Numbered from the stretch's first letter, positions 43,696 to 53,690 are shown. The stretch: 54,789 nt of DNA from Oscillatoriales cyanobacterium PMM_0019 (GCA_949127975.1 CASBRB010000089.1:1-54789); one strand, 5' to 3'. The notes: generated by a model from the sequence alone, not told the origin. Numbers and translations are program-made.

Positions 43696-45663
43696 TCATG
43701 CTATCGTCTCAACTTTTTGTGTTCTTTCAGCCAGACTCGCCAGCAACTTTATCAACTCAGCTAGTTGTATTGGCTTGGGCATATGCTCCTGAAAACCTTC
43801 TGAAATAGCTCGGTTCCGATCCTCTAGCCTAGCATAGGCTGTCATTGCCACAGCAGGAATTTTTGTTCCATGCCCTGCCTCTAAAGCTCTCACTTTGCGG
43901 ATAAACTCGTAACCGTCTTCTTGCGGCATCCCGATGTCACTAATTAAAATATCTGGCTGCCACTGTTGGAGTACCTGCATCGCCTCGCTCACCGACTGCA
44001 CCGCCTTCACCACAACCCCATACTCTTCAAGTGCTAGGGCCATAAATTCCAGAGTGTCTTTATCGTCATCAACTATCAGTATCTGTAAACCAGTGAGTTG
44101 AGGCAGATTTTCCACAGCTACGCTATCTAAAATTGCCGGGGATACTAGCCCTAAATTGCTGATTGAGACAACAGGATTAACTACCAGTGGAAGCTTGACT
44201 GTAAACGTCGAGCCCAGCCCCTCTCCTGGACTTTCGGCATGAACGGTTCCACCATGTAATTCTACTAAATGGCGCACGATCGCTAATCCCAATCCTAACC
44301 CAGTATGTATTCTAGTAGTCGTACCATCTGCTTGACGGAACCGCTCGAAAACATAGGGTAAAAATTCCGGACTAATCCCAATACCCGTATCCCTCACCTG
44401 AATTTGAACACAAGAACCTATTTTCTCCATTCTGAGATCTACCAGTCCCCCATTATTGGTAAACTTAATTGCATTGGAGAGCAGATTCCATAAAACCTGT
44501 TGTAAGCGATCGGGATCGCCTAAAATTAAATTTTCTGAACAAGTAATTACCGTTTGCAGTTCCAACCCTTTAGCATCCGCCGCTGGGCGTACAGCATTAA
44601 GAACAGCATCTATAACTGTTGTTAGTTCCACCGAGCGGATATTCAAGCGATGCTTGCCCGTAATCATTCGAGACACATCTAGAATATCCTCAATCAGTTG
44701 TGACTGTGCCTTGGCGTTGCGCTCAATGGTTTCCAGGGCGCGAGCCGTAGTGTTTTTATCAAATGTTCGGGTACGCAGCAGCTTAGCCCACCCCAGCATA
44801 GAATTTAGAGGTGTACGCAATTCGTGAGAAAGTGTTGCTAAAAACTCATCCTTCATCCGATTAGCTTCTGCTAACTCCTCTGCCCTTTTCTGCAATGCTG
44901 ACTCCAGCCGCTTACGTTCAGTAATGTCAGCCAGTATATAGACTGTTCCTGTAACAACTTGGTGTTCATTGAAAACTGGATCTACCGTGAGGCGAAACCA
45001 GTAGTTATAGCTTTGAACTTCTAGAATCTGCCTGCTTTTAGATGAGTGCAAATTATCTATTTCACTGAAACCCAAACTTTTTTTTGCCATTTCGTGGAAA
45101 AATTGACCTTGAATCTGGGAGCACGGTTTATTGAAAAGCTCTGCCATAGCTTTGTTACATCGCCGAATCCTGCCTTCATTGTCAAGCAAGCCCACAGCGT
45201 CACTAATAGCATCAAACGTTGTCTGCCACTCCCGCGCTTTCGCCCGTGCCATCTCCTCAGCTTGCCCAATCCGCAGCAGCGCCCTGACGGTAGCGATCAA
45301 CTCTAGAGACTCTACAGGCTGAATCAGGTAGGCATCTGCGCCACTATCTAACCCATGTACCCTATCCTCGCTGCTGATGTACTTTCCCGATAGGTGAAGT
45401 ATCGGAATAGATGAGGTTTCAGGATTTGCCTTAATTTTGTGGCACACCTCGAACCCACTCATATCCGGAAGCTTGACATCGAGAATAATCAAGTCGGGCT
45501 GTTCCTTGGCGAATCGCAAAGCGTCCGCACCTGTAGCAGCCTCCTTCACGGCAAACCCTGCCTGCTGTAGTGTCCGGCTGATGGCGTAGCGACCTACTGT
45601 GCTATCGTCCACATTCAAGATGGTGATTGACCGCTGTTCCGCCATGCTGTTTCTCCCTAACAT
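43696..45663 (-). CDS. Hybrid sensor histidine kinase (REC-PAS-HisKA-HATPase-REC)
   Basis: N-terminal REC (ILNVDD...LDVKLPDMSGFE), H-box LATLSHELRTPLN, G-boxes DTGIGI/GLGLGLAIV, and C-terminal REC (ILIVDDD...SDIGMPQEDG). Confidence 0.9.
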   Translation of the reverse strand: MLGRNSMAEQRSITILNVDDSTVGRYAISRTLQQAGFAVKEAATGADALRFAKEQPDLIILDVKLPDMSGFEVCHKIKANPETSSIPILHLSGKYISSEDRVHGLDSGADAYLIQPVESLELIATVRALLRIGQAEEMARAKAREWQTTFDAISDAVGLLDNEGRIRRCNKAMAELFNKPCSQIQGQFFHEMAKKSLGFSEIDNLHSSKSRQILEVQSYNYWFRLTVDPVFNEHQVVTGTVYILADITERKRLESALQKRAEELAEANRMKDEFLATLSHELRTPLNSMLGWAKLLRTRTFDKNTTARALETIERNAKAQSQLIEDILDVSRMITGKHRLNIRSVELTTVIDAVLNAVRPAADAKGLELQTVITCSENLILGDPDRLQQVLWNLLSNAIKFTNNGGLVDLRMEKIGSCVQIQVRDTGIGISPEFLPYVFERFRQADGTTTRIHTGLGLGLAIVRHLVELHGGTVHAESPGEGLGSTFTVKLPLVVNPVVSISNLGLVSPAILDSVAVENLPQLTGLQILIVDDDKDTLEFMALALEEYGVVVKAVQSVSEAMQVLQQWQPDILISDIGMPQEDGYEFIRKVRALEAGHGTKIPAVAMTAYARLEDRNRAISEGFQEHMPKPIQLAELIKLLASLAERTQKVETIA

Positions 45664-45708
45664 CTGAGAAAACGCAAAAAAACAGTTATAATAGAAGATT
45701 AACCTTTA

Positions 45709-47838
45709 TTAACTTTTGATTTTTGCTAGTGCTTCTTGGATTAAACTTAGCATTATTTCCCTAGAGGGACTTTCTTTGGGAATAATTGCTACCGTAAGTT
45801 GTTCGAGATACCTGCGTTCCTCTAAATCTAAGTCTTTCGATGTATTGACAATCACGGGTATCTCTCGCATGGCAGGATCTGATTTTAGCTCCTGTAAAAC
45901 TTCAAATCCGCTTTTATCGGGCATTCCCAAGTCCAAAAAGATTAGCTGCGGATTTTCCTCACGCGCTTTGCGGCAGCCTTCTTGCCCAGTTACAGCTTCA
46001 ATAATTGTATAATTCCTATCAGTGAGCAGTCCCTTAAGTAGATACCGGGCTGCTGCGTCGTCATCTATCAGCAAAATCTTCTCTAGGGGTTCCTGCTTGA
46101 TGAGGGTTGTCAGTGTGTTCAGCAGCCAGTCTTTGTCCACTGGCTTGATGTAGAATTCGTCTGCCCCTAATGCGATCGCCTTTTGTCGATTGTCAATTAC
46201 GGTTACCACAATAATCGGAATATGTCTAGTAAATTTATTTTCCTTCATTTCGGTGATAAAACCCCATGTACTTTCACCGTCCAATAACAAATCTAAAACC
46301 ACAGCCCTCGGTCTTACCTCCCATAATGCCCGTCGTGCTTCTTCAAGGATACGTGCGGGAATCACCTGGAAAGCTGACTTTTCTAAATATTTTTCATAAA
46401 TAAAAAGAGTTTGCAGATTATCCTCCACCACAAGTATAGGAGTGCGGTTAGAATCGACAATCCAACCAACTTCCGGTAAAACTACCTTCTCCACGGGTGG
46501 CTTATAATGTAGTGGAATAGTCGCAAAAAACGTCGAGCCAAATCCTAGCTCACTTTTTACAAAAACATTTCCCCCGAGCAACTGACTTAGTTTCCGGCAG
46601 AGTGGCAGTCCCAACCCCGTACCTTTAACCCGCTTTTGTGCTAGTCCCTCTATCTGAATATATTCCTCAAAAATGCGTTCCCGATCCTCGGCAGCAATTC
46701 CAATTCCTGTATCAGTTACCGAAAACATCACTGTATTTCCAGATCCTAGCTCGGCAGAAACACAAACCTCCCCATTTGTGGTAAATTTTAAGGCATTAGA
46801 AATTAAGTTTCTCAAAATTTGGGAAACTTTGCCTTCATCAGTATTCAGAATTATAGTTTCAATTGGTTCTTCAAAAATTAAAGCTACATCATTCCTACTG
46901 GCAAGGGGTCTGAACATTCCTCTCAAAGTGCTGAAAATATCAGCAATAGTAAACTCGGTCACTTGAACAATAATTTTTCCAGCTTCAATTTTAGCCAAAT
47001 CCAACAAGTTATTAACCAATTCCGAGAGAACTTCGGCTGACTTATGAATAAAATTTACCTGCTTTTCCTGCTCTGGATTTAACTCACCGTCGGTTTTTTC
47101 TAAAAGCAGTCGAGAAAGGCTGAGAATAGAGTTGAGGGGAGTGCGGAATTCGTGGCTCATATCTACCAAAAAGTGAGATTTCAGCTTGGAAGCCCGCTGC
47201 AAATACTCTGCCTTATCGTCCAATTCAGCATAAAGAGCTACCACCCCGCGATTAGTGTCTTCTAACTCTCGATTTAGTTGTTCTATCTCTGCTTGTCGCG
47301 CTCGTAATTCTTCCAGAGTACGCAGAAGTTCCTGATTTTGACGCTGCACCTCCTCGTAGAAATTTTCAGGTTTTCGCTGGACTAACTCTTCGGTAATCTT
47401 CGCTAAATAATTCCCTGTAACTTTCGGTGTCTGCTTCGGCAGCCGTTTTCCTAACAAAACTAAGGTGCCTGTTTCTTTTGAAGATTCAATATGGAACTTG
47501 TCTACTAGCCGCTTCGCGCCAATGATACCCAAACCTATTCCGGTTGAAGATGTGTAGCGCCCATCTAGGATTGCTTCTAAATTAGCAATTCCCGATCCCT
47601 TATCTCGAATGCGAATCAGGAAAATCGACTTGATGGCTGTTTCTTCTTCTACTAGAAATTCTGCTTTTCCTCCCCCGGCGTATTGAATGGCGTTACGAGC
47701 AATTTCAGAGACAGCAGTAGCAAGGCTTGTCTGCTCGTAAGACTTCAACCCCAACAGTTCTGCAAGTTGGCGCGTCCGTTGGCGTGTTAGCACAACATCT
47801 GATTCCAAGCGCAACTCTAGTGTGAGAATATTTGCCAT
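45709..47838 (-). CDS. Multidomain kinase: RsbT/SpoIIAB-like HATPase N-domain, coiled coil, HisKA-HATPase, and two REC domains
   Basis: N-terminus: ATAVSEIARNAIQYAGGG...RDKGSGI...GLGIIGAKRL. H-box: DMSHEFRTPLN. Also DTGIGI and two receiver domains. Confidence 0.85.
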   Translation of the reverse strand: MANILTLELRLESDVVLTRQRTRQLAELLGLKSYEQTSLATAVSEIARNAIQYAGGGKAEFLVEEETAIKSIFLIRIRDKGSGIANLEAILDGRYTSSTGIGLGIIGAKRLVDKFHIESSKETGTLVLLGKRLPKQTPKVTGNYLAKITEELVQRKPENFYEEVQRQNQELLRTLEELRARQAEIEQLNRELEDTNRGVVALYAELDDKAEYLQRASKLKSHFLVDMSHEFRTPLNSILSLSRLLLEKTDGELNPEQEKQVNFIHKSAEVLSELVNNLLDLAKIEAGKIIVQVTEFTIADIFSTLRGMFRPLASRNDVALIFEEPIETIILNTDEGKVSQILRNLISNALKFTTNGEVCVSAELGSGNTVMFSVTDTGIGIAAEDRERIFEEYIQIEGLAQKRVKGTGLGLPLCRKLSQLLGGNVFVKSELGFGSTFFATIPLHYKPPVEKVVLPEVGWIVDSNRTPILVVEDNLQTLFIYEKYLEKSAFQVIPARILEEARRALWEVRPRAVVLDLLLDGESTWGFITEMKENKFTRHIPIIVVTVIDNRQKAIALGADEFYIKPVDKDWLLNTLTTLIKQEPLEKILLIDDDAAARYLLKGLLTDRNYTIIEAVTGQEGCRKAREENPQLIFLDLGMPDKSGFEVLQELKSDPAMREIPVIVNTSKDLDLEERRYLEQLTVAIIPKESPSREIMLSLIQEALAKIKS

Positions 47839-47840
47839 TT

Positions 47841-48857
47841 TTAGGAATTAAGGAAATTTTGTCTGGCGACTAGCACTGTCACATCATCACGCCCTCGTTG
47901 GAAATCGCGGTATAAAACTCCGGCAATCAGACTAGGATGTCTAGATCTAAGACCAATATAGCGATCGAGCCCCCATTGTGTTGCTAACCCGTCAGAGTGC
48001 ATCACCAAAAGAGCTTCTTCGCACCAGGGATAGGTAAATTCCTGGATTTTGAAAATTTGATGACCAACAATACCATTGTAGGAAACCATACTCCGGCTTT
48101 CATTAGCTGTAACAACAACACCAGAAATGTTGCCTATCCCAGCAAAACGAACAATTTGCTGCTCAAAGTCTATCTCAGCTACAGCCATCGCCGCCCCCCG
48201 CGTACCGCGCAAGGCAGCGTGAGCAGCTTCAATAATTTCCTTTGGGCTGAGCCTAGGATTTTCTTGAAAAATTCTCACCGAACTCAAGGATGCCTCGGCG
48301 GCGGCAGGCCCGTGCCCTAGTCCATCTGCTACTAAAACCAGGCTCCTACCAGCATTCTGGTATACCCACCAAGCATCGCCGCAAACTTCCTCTCCCATTA
48401 TAGGCAGACACACTAACCCCCAATCTAACTTACCTGCTGATGGTTCTACAGACAAAGGTTCAGACCAAAGTTGAGCTAATAATGCTGTGCCTAGATTGGG
48501 AGTAGAATAAATATCGAAAAAACTAGAGAGACGCTCGATCGCACCCAAGCCATTTCCAGGCGATCCGGCGGTGGAAAAGCCATCTTGGAGACACTGTTGG
48601 ACGTTAGCCATACCTGGGCTTTTGTCCAAGGCTAAAATTTCCATCCCCCAATTATCCCTAGATTTCAAAGAGCGCAGCAGCAATTTCCCTTCTTTGGCGT
48701 GCTTAACTAGGTTTTTTGCCGCCTCGGTAACAACAATTGCCACCTTGCCGCACTCCGTCTCGTTGAAGCCAAGTTGGGTAGCGAGGGTAGTAGCAATTCG
48801 CCGTGCTTCCCCAACTTGGCTCTCTTCGCTTATGGCAAGAGAAATGGGATCTTTCAT
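47841..48857 (-). CDS. SpoIIE/PP2C-family protein phosphatase with an N-terminal RsbT-like HATPase segment
   Basis: VVTEAAKNLVKHAKEG... followed by GDAWWV...LVADGLGHGPAAA...GNISGVV...LLVMHSDGL...RDDVTVLV, which are the PP2C motifs. The start is set at the ATG at 48857, 5 nt after the upstream stop. Confidence 0.8.
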   Translation of the reverse strand: MKDPISLAISEESQVGEARRIATTLATQLGFNETECGKVAIVVTEAAKNLVKHAKEGKLLLRSLKSRDNWGMEILALDKSPGMANVQQCLQDGFSTAGSPGNGLGAIERLSSFFDIYSTPNLGTALLAQLWSEPLSVEPSAGKLDWGLVCLPIMGEEVCGDAWWVYQNAGRSLVLVADGLGHGPAAAEASLSSVRIFQENPRLSPKEIIEAAHAALRGTRGAAMAVAEIDFEQQIVRFAGIGNISGVVVTANESRSMVSYNGIVGHQIFKIQEFTYPWCEEALLVMHSDGLATQWGLDRYIGLRSRHPSLIAGVLYRDFQRGRDDVTVLVARQNFLNS

Positions 48858-48864
48858 GATAAAA

Positions 48865-49269
48865 TCACCTCCATTTTGTAATTGCGATCCGCGTGCCCTC
48901 GCCCACGCGGGAATAAATCTCAAATTCATTCATGAGGCGCTTGCTACCACTGAGTCCTAGTCCCAGTCCGTTTCCTGTAGTGTAGCCGTCCTTTAGTGCC
49001 AGATCGATGTCAGGAATACCTGGGCCAGTGTCTTCAAACGTCAGCCGTAAGCCCCGCCGGATGCCCTCGCTCAAAGCTTCCAGGCGTAACTTGCCACCCC
49101 CACCATAGTCCACCATATTACGTGCCAACTCACTAGCTGCCGTTACGATCTTAGTTTGGTCTATCAAGCTGAAGCCGAGTTCTACTGACCATTTCCGCAC
49201 AATCTGCCGTACTAATACAATATCGGCTGAAGAGGTAACGGACATAACTTCATCTTTTTGCACGGCCAT
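48865..49269 (-). CDS. Anti-sigma regulatory factor-type Ser/Thr kinase (RsbT-like)
   Basis: 134 aa, with ASELARNMVDYGGGG...DTGPGI...GLGLGLSGSKRL. An AAGGAG lies 7 nt before the ATG. Confidence 0.85.
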   Translation of the reverse strand: MAVQKDEVMSVTSSADIVLVRQIVRKWSVELGFSLIDQTKIVTAASELARNMVDYGGGGKLRLEALSEGIRRGLRLTFEDTGPGIPDIDLALKDGYTTGNGLGLGLSGSKRLMNEFEIYSRVGEGTRIAITKWR

Positions 49270-49645
49270 TGCCGCTCTCCTTGGAACGCCGCCCTACTGA
49301 TGCCCGGAGCAACTCCATGCCCTTTTCCACATTCAATGCTGTGCGAATTTTTGGCAGGGATAGACCTAACTCTACTAAAGTTATGGCTACCGCTGGCTGC
49401 ATTCCCACAACAACGGTTTGGGCATCAAGTATCTGTGACATCGTGGCAATAGTTCCCAAAATTCGCCCAATGAAGGAGTCTACAATTTCAAGTGAAGAGA
49501 TATCAATCAGAACACCGCGAGCGCTGGTTTTGGAAATCCGGTTTGTCAGATCGTCCTGCAATGCCATCGCTAGGCGATCGTGCATATCTACTTGGATAGT
49601 TACCAACAGGAATTCACCCATTTGAAGGATTGGAATTCGTTCCAT
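49250..49645 (-). CDS. STAS-domain protein (RsbS-like)
   Basis: IPILQMGEFLLVTIQ...VLIDISSLEIVDSFIGRILG is a single STAS domain in the RsbS position. Confidence 0.85.
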   Translation of the reverse strand: MERIPILQMGEFLLVTIQVDMHDRLAMALQDDLTNRISKTSARGVLIDISSLEIVDSFIGRILGTIATMSQILDAQTVVVGMQPAVAITLVELGLSLPKIRTALNVEKGMELLRASVGRRSKESGNGRAKR

Positions 49646-49653
49646 ATAGCTTA

Positions 49654-50523
49654 CTAAAATTCACCTTCTGAGCGGCTAATTTTGAACCCGCTGCGAGACA
49701 GCGCTACTAGAAAAGCATCACCTAACTTAGCTTTGGTGGTAACATCACTGAGATCTACACCTAAGTGAACTATAGTTTGAGCAATCTGCGGACGAATGCC
49801 ACTGATAATGCAGTCGGTGCCCATGAGTCGGGCTGCGGCAACTGTCTTGAGCAGGTGTTGAGCTACCAGAGTATCCACCGTTGGCACTCCTGTAATGTCG
49901 ATGATGACAACTTGGGAACTGGTTTCTACAATCATCTGCAATAGGCTTTCCATGACAATTTGAGTGCGAGCGCTATCCAGTGTGCCGATGAGTGGTAGTG
50001 CGAGAATGCCTTCCCAAAGTTTGACAACCGGGGTGGAAAGTTCTAGCATTTCCTCCTGTTGGCGAGCAATCAGTTCCTCGCGGTTTTTTTGATAAATCTC
50101 GGTAGTCAATAGCCCTAGCTTGTCTAAAAGGTCGGTGGCTGACCAAATTTCATCAGCAAGCACTTCCCCATTGTGAGCAAATTCCTTGCGCAAGTGGTCA
50201 AAAAGCGGTCGTTTGAAAGAAAAGACAAACAGGGCAATATCTCGCGGTGTGAAACCCTGCCGCGTCCGAGAGTTGGAAATGCTAGTGAGCATTTCCCGCA
50301 CCTGACTCCACTCAGGTGCAAAAATGTCACTGAGGTTCCCACTCTGGGTAGCATTAGTGAGCAAGCTGAGGAATTCTGAACACTGTTGGCGAAGTTCTGT
50401 CTCTTTAATGAAGTTGTCTCGTCGGATGCCAGCGGCAGCTTGCTCTTTGAGCCAGTCTGTTAACAGCTCTGCTTGGTACTTTTTCAGAATCTCTGGGATG
50501 GTAGTTTTCCCGTTCAGGCTCAT
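49654..50523 (-). CDS. RsbR-like stressosome sensor (N-terminal helical/globin-like domain plus C-terminal STAS)
   Basis: The C-terminus STPVVKLWEGILALPLIGTLDSARTQ...VIIDITGVPTVDT is typical of the RsbR STAS domain. Confidence 0.8.
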   Translation of the reverse strand: MSLNGKTTIPEILKKYQAELLTDWLKEQAAAGIRRDNFIKETELRQQCSEFLSLLTNATQSGNLSDIFAPEWSQVREMLTSISNSRTRQGFTPRDIALFVFSFKRPLFDHLRKEFAHNGEVLADEIWSATDLLDKLGLLTTEIYQKNREELIARQQEEMLELSTPVVKLWEGILALPLIGTLDSARTQIVMESLLQMIVETSSQVVIIDITGVPTVDTLVAQHLLKTVAAARLMGTDCIISGIRPQIAQTIVHLGVDLSDVTTKAKLGDAFLVALSRSGFKISRSEGEF

Positions 50524-50638
50524 TTTGCGGTTCCTTTATTACTTGTTTCACATTTTCCCACACCAACCCTGACGGGTATAGTGTGGATCTCTTACCTGCG
50601 GGTTAATATAAGATATATCTGCCGTAGGAGCAAATTTA

Positions 50639-50758
50639 GTGAGACTGGTGATATTAGGAGGTGCAGGCGCAGGTAAGGGAACACAAGCTCAACGCCTATG
50701 CAGTAAGCTAGGTATCCCTGGGATTGCCACAGGTGATATATTGCTACAAGCGATCGCA
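50639..50758 (+). pseudogene. adk: Adenylate kinase 5' fragment (~40 codons)
   Basis: My own translation from the GTG at 50639 gives (M)[39 protein letters not shown]. This is the Adk P-loop and the NMP-binding start. Homology stops at a GCGATCGC site and is followed by (CATCACC)n and the rph start. Confidence 0.65.
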
Positions 50759-50789
50759 CGCCATCACCCATCACCCATCACCAATTACC

Positions 50790-51524
50790 ATGTCTTGGCA
50801 ACGTCCTGACTCTCGGCAACTAAACCAACTGCGCCCCATTCGTTTTGAACGAGAATTCACGCGATTTGCCGCTGGCTCAGTTCTCACTCACTGTGGCGAA
50901 ACCAAAGTTCTCTGTAATGTGACAATTAATGATAGCGTACCTAAATTTTTAGAAGGCACGGGCAAAGGATGGCTAACCGCTGAATACCGAATGTTACCAG
51001 GGGCAACCCCACAGCGTCAAGAACGGGAATTACTAAAACTTAGTGGGCGTACCCAGGAAATTCAAAGACTAATTGGGCGGAGTTTGCGAGCAGCCCTAGA
51101 TATGCAGGCATTGGGAGAACGTACCATAGTTGTAGATGCGGATGTACTACAAGCGGATGCTGGCACCCGAACTACGGCAATTACTGGCTCCTTTGTGGCG
51201 CTTGCCGACGCGATAGAAAAACTGGTGCGGCAGGGAGCGTTAGATCGATCGCCTATTATACACCAAATAGCTGCTGTTTCGGTAGGAATATTACAGGGTG
51301 AGCCAGTTTTAGATTTGAACTACCTTGAGGACGTCGAGGCTGAAGCGGATGTCAACGTGGTGATGAACGAAAATATGGGGATAATCGAAATCCAGGGAAC
51401 CGCTGAGAAAGGCAGTTTTACCAACAGCCAGTTAAATCAGATCCTGGATTTGGCCCGAATTGGGATTCAGGATTTATTACAAGCACAGCGCCAAGTGCTT
51501 GGGAGTGCGATTAGCGATAACTAG
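50790..51524 (+). CDS. rph: Ribonuclease PH
   Basis: [32 protein letters not shown]...[16 protein letters not shown]...[14 protein letters not shown] is canonical RNase PH. I start it at the internal ATG at 50790. Confidence 0.9.
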   Translation: MSWQRPDSRQLNQLRPIRFEREFTRFAAGSVLTHCGETKVLCNVTINDSVPKFLEGTGKGWLTAEYRMLPGATPQRQERELLKLSGRTQEIQRLIGRSLRAALDMQALGERTIVVDADVLQADAGTRTTAITGSFVALADAIEKLVRQGALDRSPIIHQIAAVSVGILQGEPVLDLNYLEDVEAEADVNVVMNENMGIIEIQGTAEKGSFTNSQLNQILDLARIGIQDLLQAQRQVLGSAISDN

Positions 51525-51544
51525 CCACTAAATTTAAAAAAAAC

Positions 51545-51784
51545 ATGCAAACAGCCTTACATTTCAAAGCCCAAGTCTTGCCCGGAAACAAAGTGGAAAT
51601 CCATTCACCAGAACTTTCAGAAGGTGAGCCTGTGGATGTATTTGTCATTTTACCAGAGCAAAAGCGATCGAACCGGGATTCTGTTCTAGATTTAATAGAA
51701 AGTATCCGTAGTAAGCACCCCTTTAGAACCCCTGAAGATATCGATAAACAACTTCAAGGGGAAAGAGAGGCATGGGACAGCTAA
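51545..51784 (+). CDS. Small antitoxin-like protein (79 aa)
   Basis: Its size, its acidic C-terminus and its 13-nt overlap with a PIN-like reading frame suggest a VapB-type partner. I recognise no firm family. Confidence 0.45.
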   Translation: MQTALHFKAQVLPGNKVEIHSPELSEGEPVDVFVILPEQKRSNRDSVLDLIESIRSKHPFRTPEDIDKQLQGEREAWDS

Positions 51785-51852
51785 TACTACCCTCACCTGG
51801 TATTATCTATGTAGATACATCAGTCGTGATTTATACCGACGCTACAAGGTAA
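51772..51852 (+). pseudogene. Truncated PIN-domain (VapC-like) toxin remnant, 26 codons
   Basis: My own translation gives MGQLILPSPGIIYVDTSVVIYTDATR*. The IYVDTSVVI motif is the first acidic motif of PIN domains. A stop follows after 26 codons, and then a palindromic repeat (GGTGGGCAGTGCCCACC). Confidence 0.5.
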
Positions 51853-51931
51853 GTAGGGTGGATAGTCGCCAGAATGGTGGGCAGTGCCCACCCTAAAAAG
51901 TAAAAATCGGTAGAAAATAAAGGAGAAATTT

Positions 51932-53458
51932 ATGAAATTGGCTTACTGGATGTATGCAGGTCCCGCCCACATTGGCACATTGCGGGTTTCGAGTTCCTTC
52001 AAGAATGTCCAGGCAATCATGCACGCTCCCCTGGGGGATGACTACTTTAACGTCATGCGATCGATGTTAGAGCGCGATCGGAACTTCACGCCAGTTACGA
52101 TTAGTGTAGTTGACCGTAACGTTTTAGCCCGTGGTTCCCAGGAAAAAGTGGTGGACAACATCACCCGCAAAGATGCAGAAGAACATCCAGATCTCATTGT
52201 TCTGACACCCACCTGTACTTCCAGTATTCTTCAAGAAGACCTACAAAACTTTGTAGAGCGGGCATCAATCGATGCCAAAGCAGACGTAATGTTAGCCGAT
52301 GTCAACCACTATCGGGTAAACGAACTACAAGCCGCCGACAGCACCCTCAAGCAAATCGTCCAGTTTTACCTGGAAAAAGCGCGTAAAAAAGGTGAAATCC
52401 CTTTATCTAAGACTGAAAAGCCCTCGGTGAATATTTTAGGGATTTCCAGCCTAGGATTCCACAATCACCACGACTGCACCGAGTTGAAGCGCCTGATGGC
52501 TGACTTGGGCATCGAAGTCAACGAAGTAATCCCAGAAGGAGCCTCGGTTCAGAATCTTAAGACTCTGCCCCGCGCTTGGTTTAACTTAGTGCCTTATCGA
52601 GAAATCGGGGTAATGGCGGCTAAGTACCTGGCTGAAGAATTCGGAATGCCATACATAGACATCACCCCGATGGGCGTGGTGGAAACGGCTCGTTGTATCC
52701 GCAAGATTCAACAGCTCCTTAATCAGCAGGGTGCCAATGTTGACTATGAAGACTATATCAACAACCAAACCCTGTACGTTTCTCAGGCTGCGTGGTTTTC
52801 CCGCTCAATTGACTGTCAGAACTTGACGGGCAAGAAGGCAGTGGTGTTTGGTGATAATACCCATGCTGCTGCCATGACTAAGGTTTTGGCGCGGGAAATG
52901 GGGATTCACGTTTGTTTTGCTGGAACTTACTGTAAATATGATGCTGAGTGGTTCCGGGAGCAGGTGAGTGAATACTGTGATGAAGTGATTATCACAGAAG
53001 ATCATGCTCAGATTGGGGATGCGATCGCTCGCGTCGAGCCATCTGCCATCTTTGGCACCCAAATGGAGCGGCACGTCGGCAAGCGGTTAAATATCCCCTG
53101 CGGCGTGATTGCAGCACCAGTTCACATCCAGAATTTCCCGATTGGTTATAAGCCTTTCTTGGGTTATGAAGGCACAAATCAGGTTGCAGATTTGGTCTAT
53201 AATTCCTTTACTTTGGGAATGGAAGACCACCTGTTAGAAATCTTTGGTGGACACGATACTAAGGAAGTGATTACTAAGGGGATTTCGGCTGATTCTGACC
53301 TGGGCTGGAACAAAGAAGCTCAGGCAGAACTTAATAAGGTTCCTGGTTTTGTCAGAGGCAAAGTAAAGCGTAATACCGAGAAATTTGCTCGCGATCGCGG
53401 CTTCAGCGAAATTACCGTTGAGGTAATGTACGCAGCTAAGGAAGCTGTCGGCGCGTAA
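51932..53458 (+). CDS. chlB: Light-independent protochlorophyllide reductase subunit B
   Basis: [56 protein letters not shown] is unmistakably ChlB. 508 aa. Confidence 0.95.
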   Translation: MKLAYWMYAGPAHIGTLRVSSSFKNVQAIMHAPLGDDYFNVMRSMLERDRNFTPVTISVVDRNVLARGSQEKVVDNITRKDAEEHPDLIVLTPTCTSSILQEDLQNFVERASIDAKADVMLADVNHYRVNELQAADSTLKQIVQFYLEKARKKGEIPLSKTEKPSVNILGISSLGFHNHHDCTELKRLMADLGIEVNEVIPEGASVQNLKTLPRAWFNLVPYREIGVMAAKYLAEEFGMPYIDITPMGVVETARCIRKIQQLLNQQGANVDYEDYINNQTLYVSQAAWFSRSIDCQNLTGKKAVVFGDNTHAAAMTKVLAREMGIHVCFAGTYCKYDAEWFREQVSEYCDEVIITEDHAQIGDAIARVEPSAIFGTQMERHVGKRLNIPCGVIAAPVHIQNFPIGYKPFLGYEGTNQVADLVYNSFTLGMEDHLLEIFGGHDTKEVITKGISADSDLGWNKEAQAELNKVPGFVRGKVKRNTEKFARDRGFSEITVEVMYAAKEAVGA

Positions 53459-53464
53459 TTAGTG

Positions 53465-53563
53465 CAGGACTTACGCAGACTGGGCATATATAGGGGCAAC
53501 CCACCCCTAGGGGGTGGATTGCCCCTACGAACCGCTATATGTAGAGACAGTGCGTAAGTCCTG
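53465..53563 (-). repeat. SDR copy in reverse orientation with an extra internal palindrome
   Basis: caggacttacgcagactgggcatatataggggcaacccacccctagggggtggattgcccctacgaaccgctatatgtagagacagtgcgtaagtcctg. Confidence 0.85.
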
Positions 53564-53629
53564 CTAAAGTTAATGCTTCATTCTTCTTTAGGCAAAGGAG
53601 ATTTCCCCCTGACCGGAAATTGTGTGATT

Positions 53630-53690
53630 TTGAGGGGGTGGTACGCAAGCCCCTGTAATTTATTCATGGGGATAAGTACCACCCTCTCAA
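53630..53690 (+). repeat. Imperfect 15-bp inverted repeat / hairpin, candidate left-end structure of the IS605-family element
   Basis: TTGAGGGGGTGGTAC (53630-53644) pairs with GTACCACCCTCTCAA (53676-53690), with one mismatch. It lies about 70 bp upstream of tnpB. Confidence 0.4.

Noticed and set aside
45046-50676. Numerous 60-130-aa ORFs antisense or out of frame within the kinase and stressosome genes
   Set aside because: All are embedded in longer ORFs that carry clear HisKA/HATPase/REC/STAS/PP2C motifs. They are shadow ORFs.
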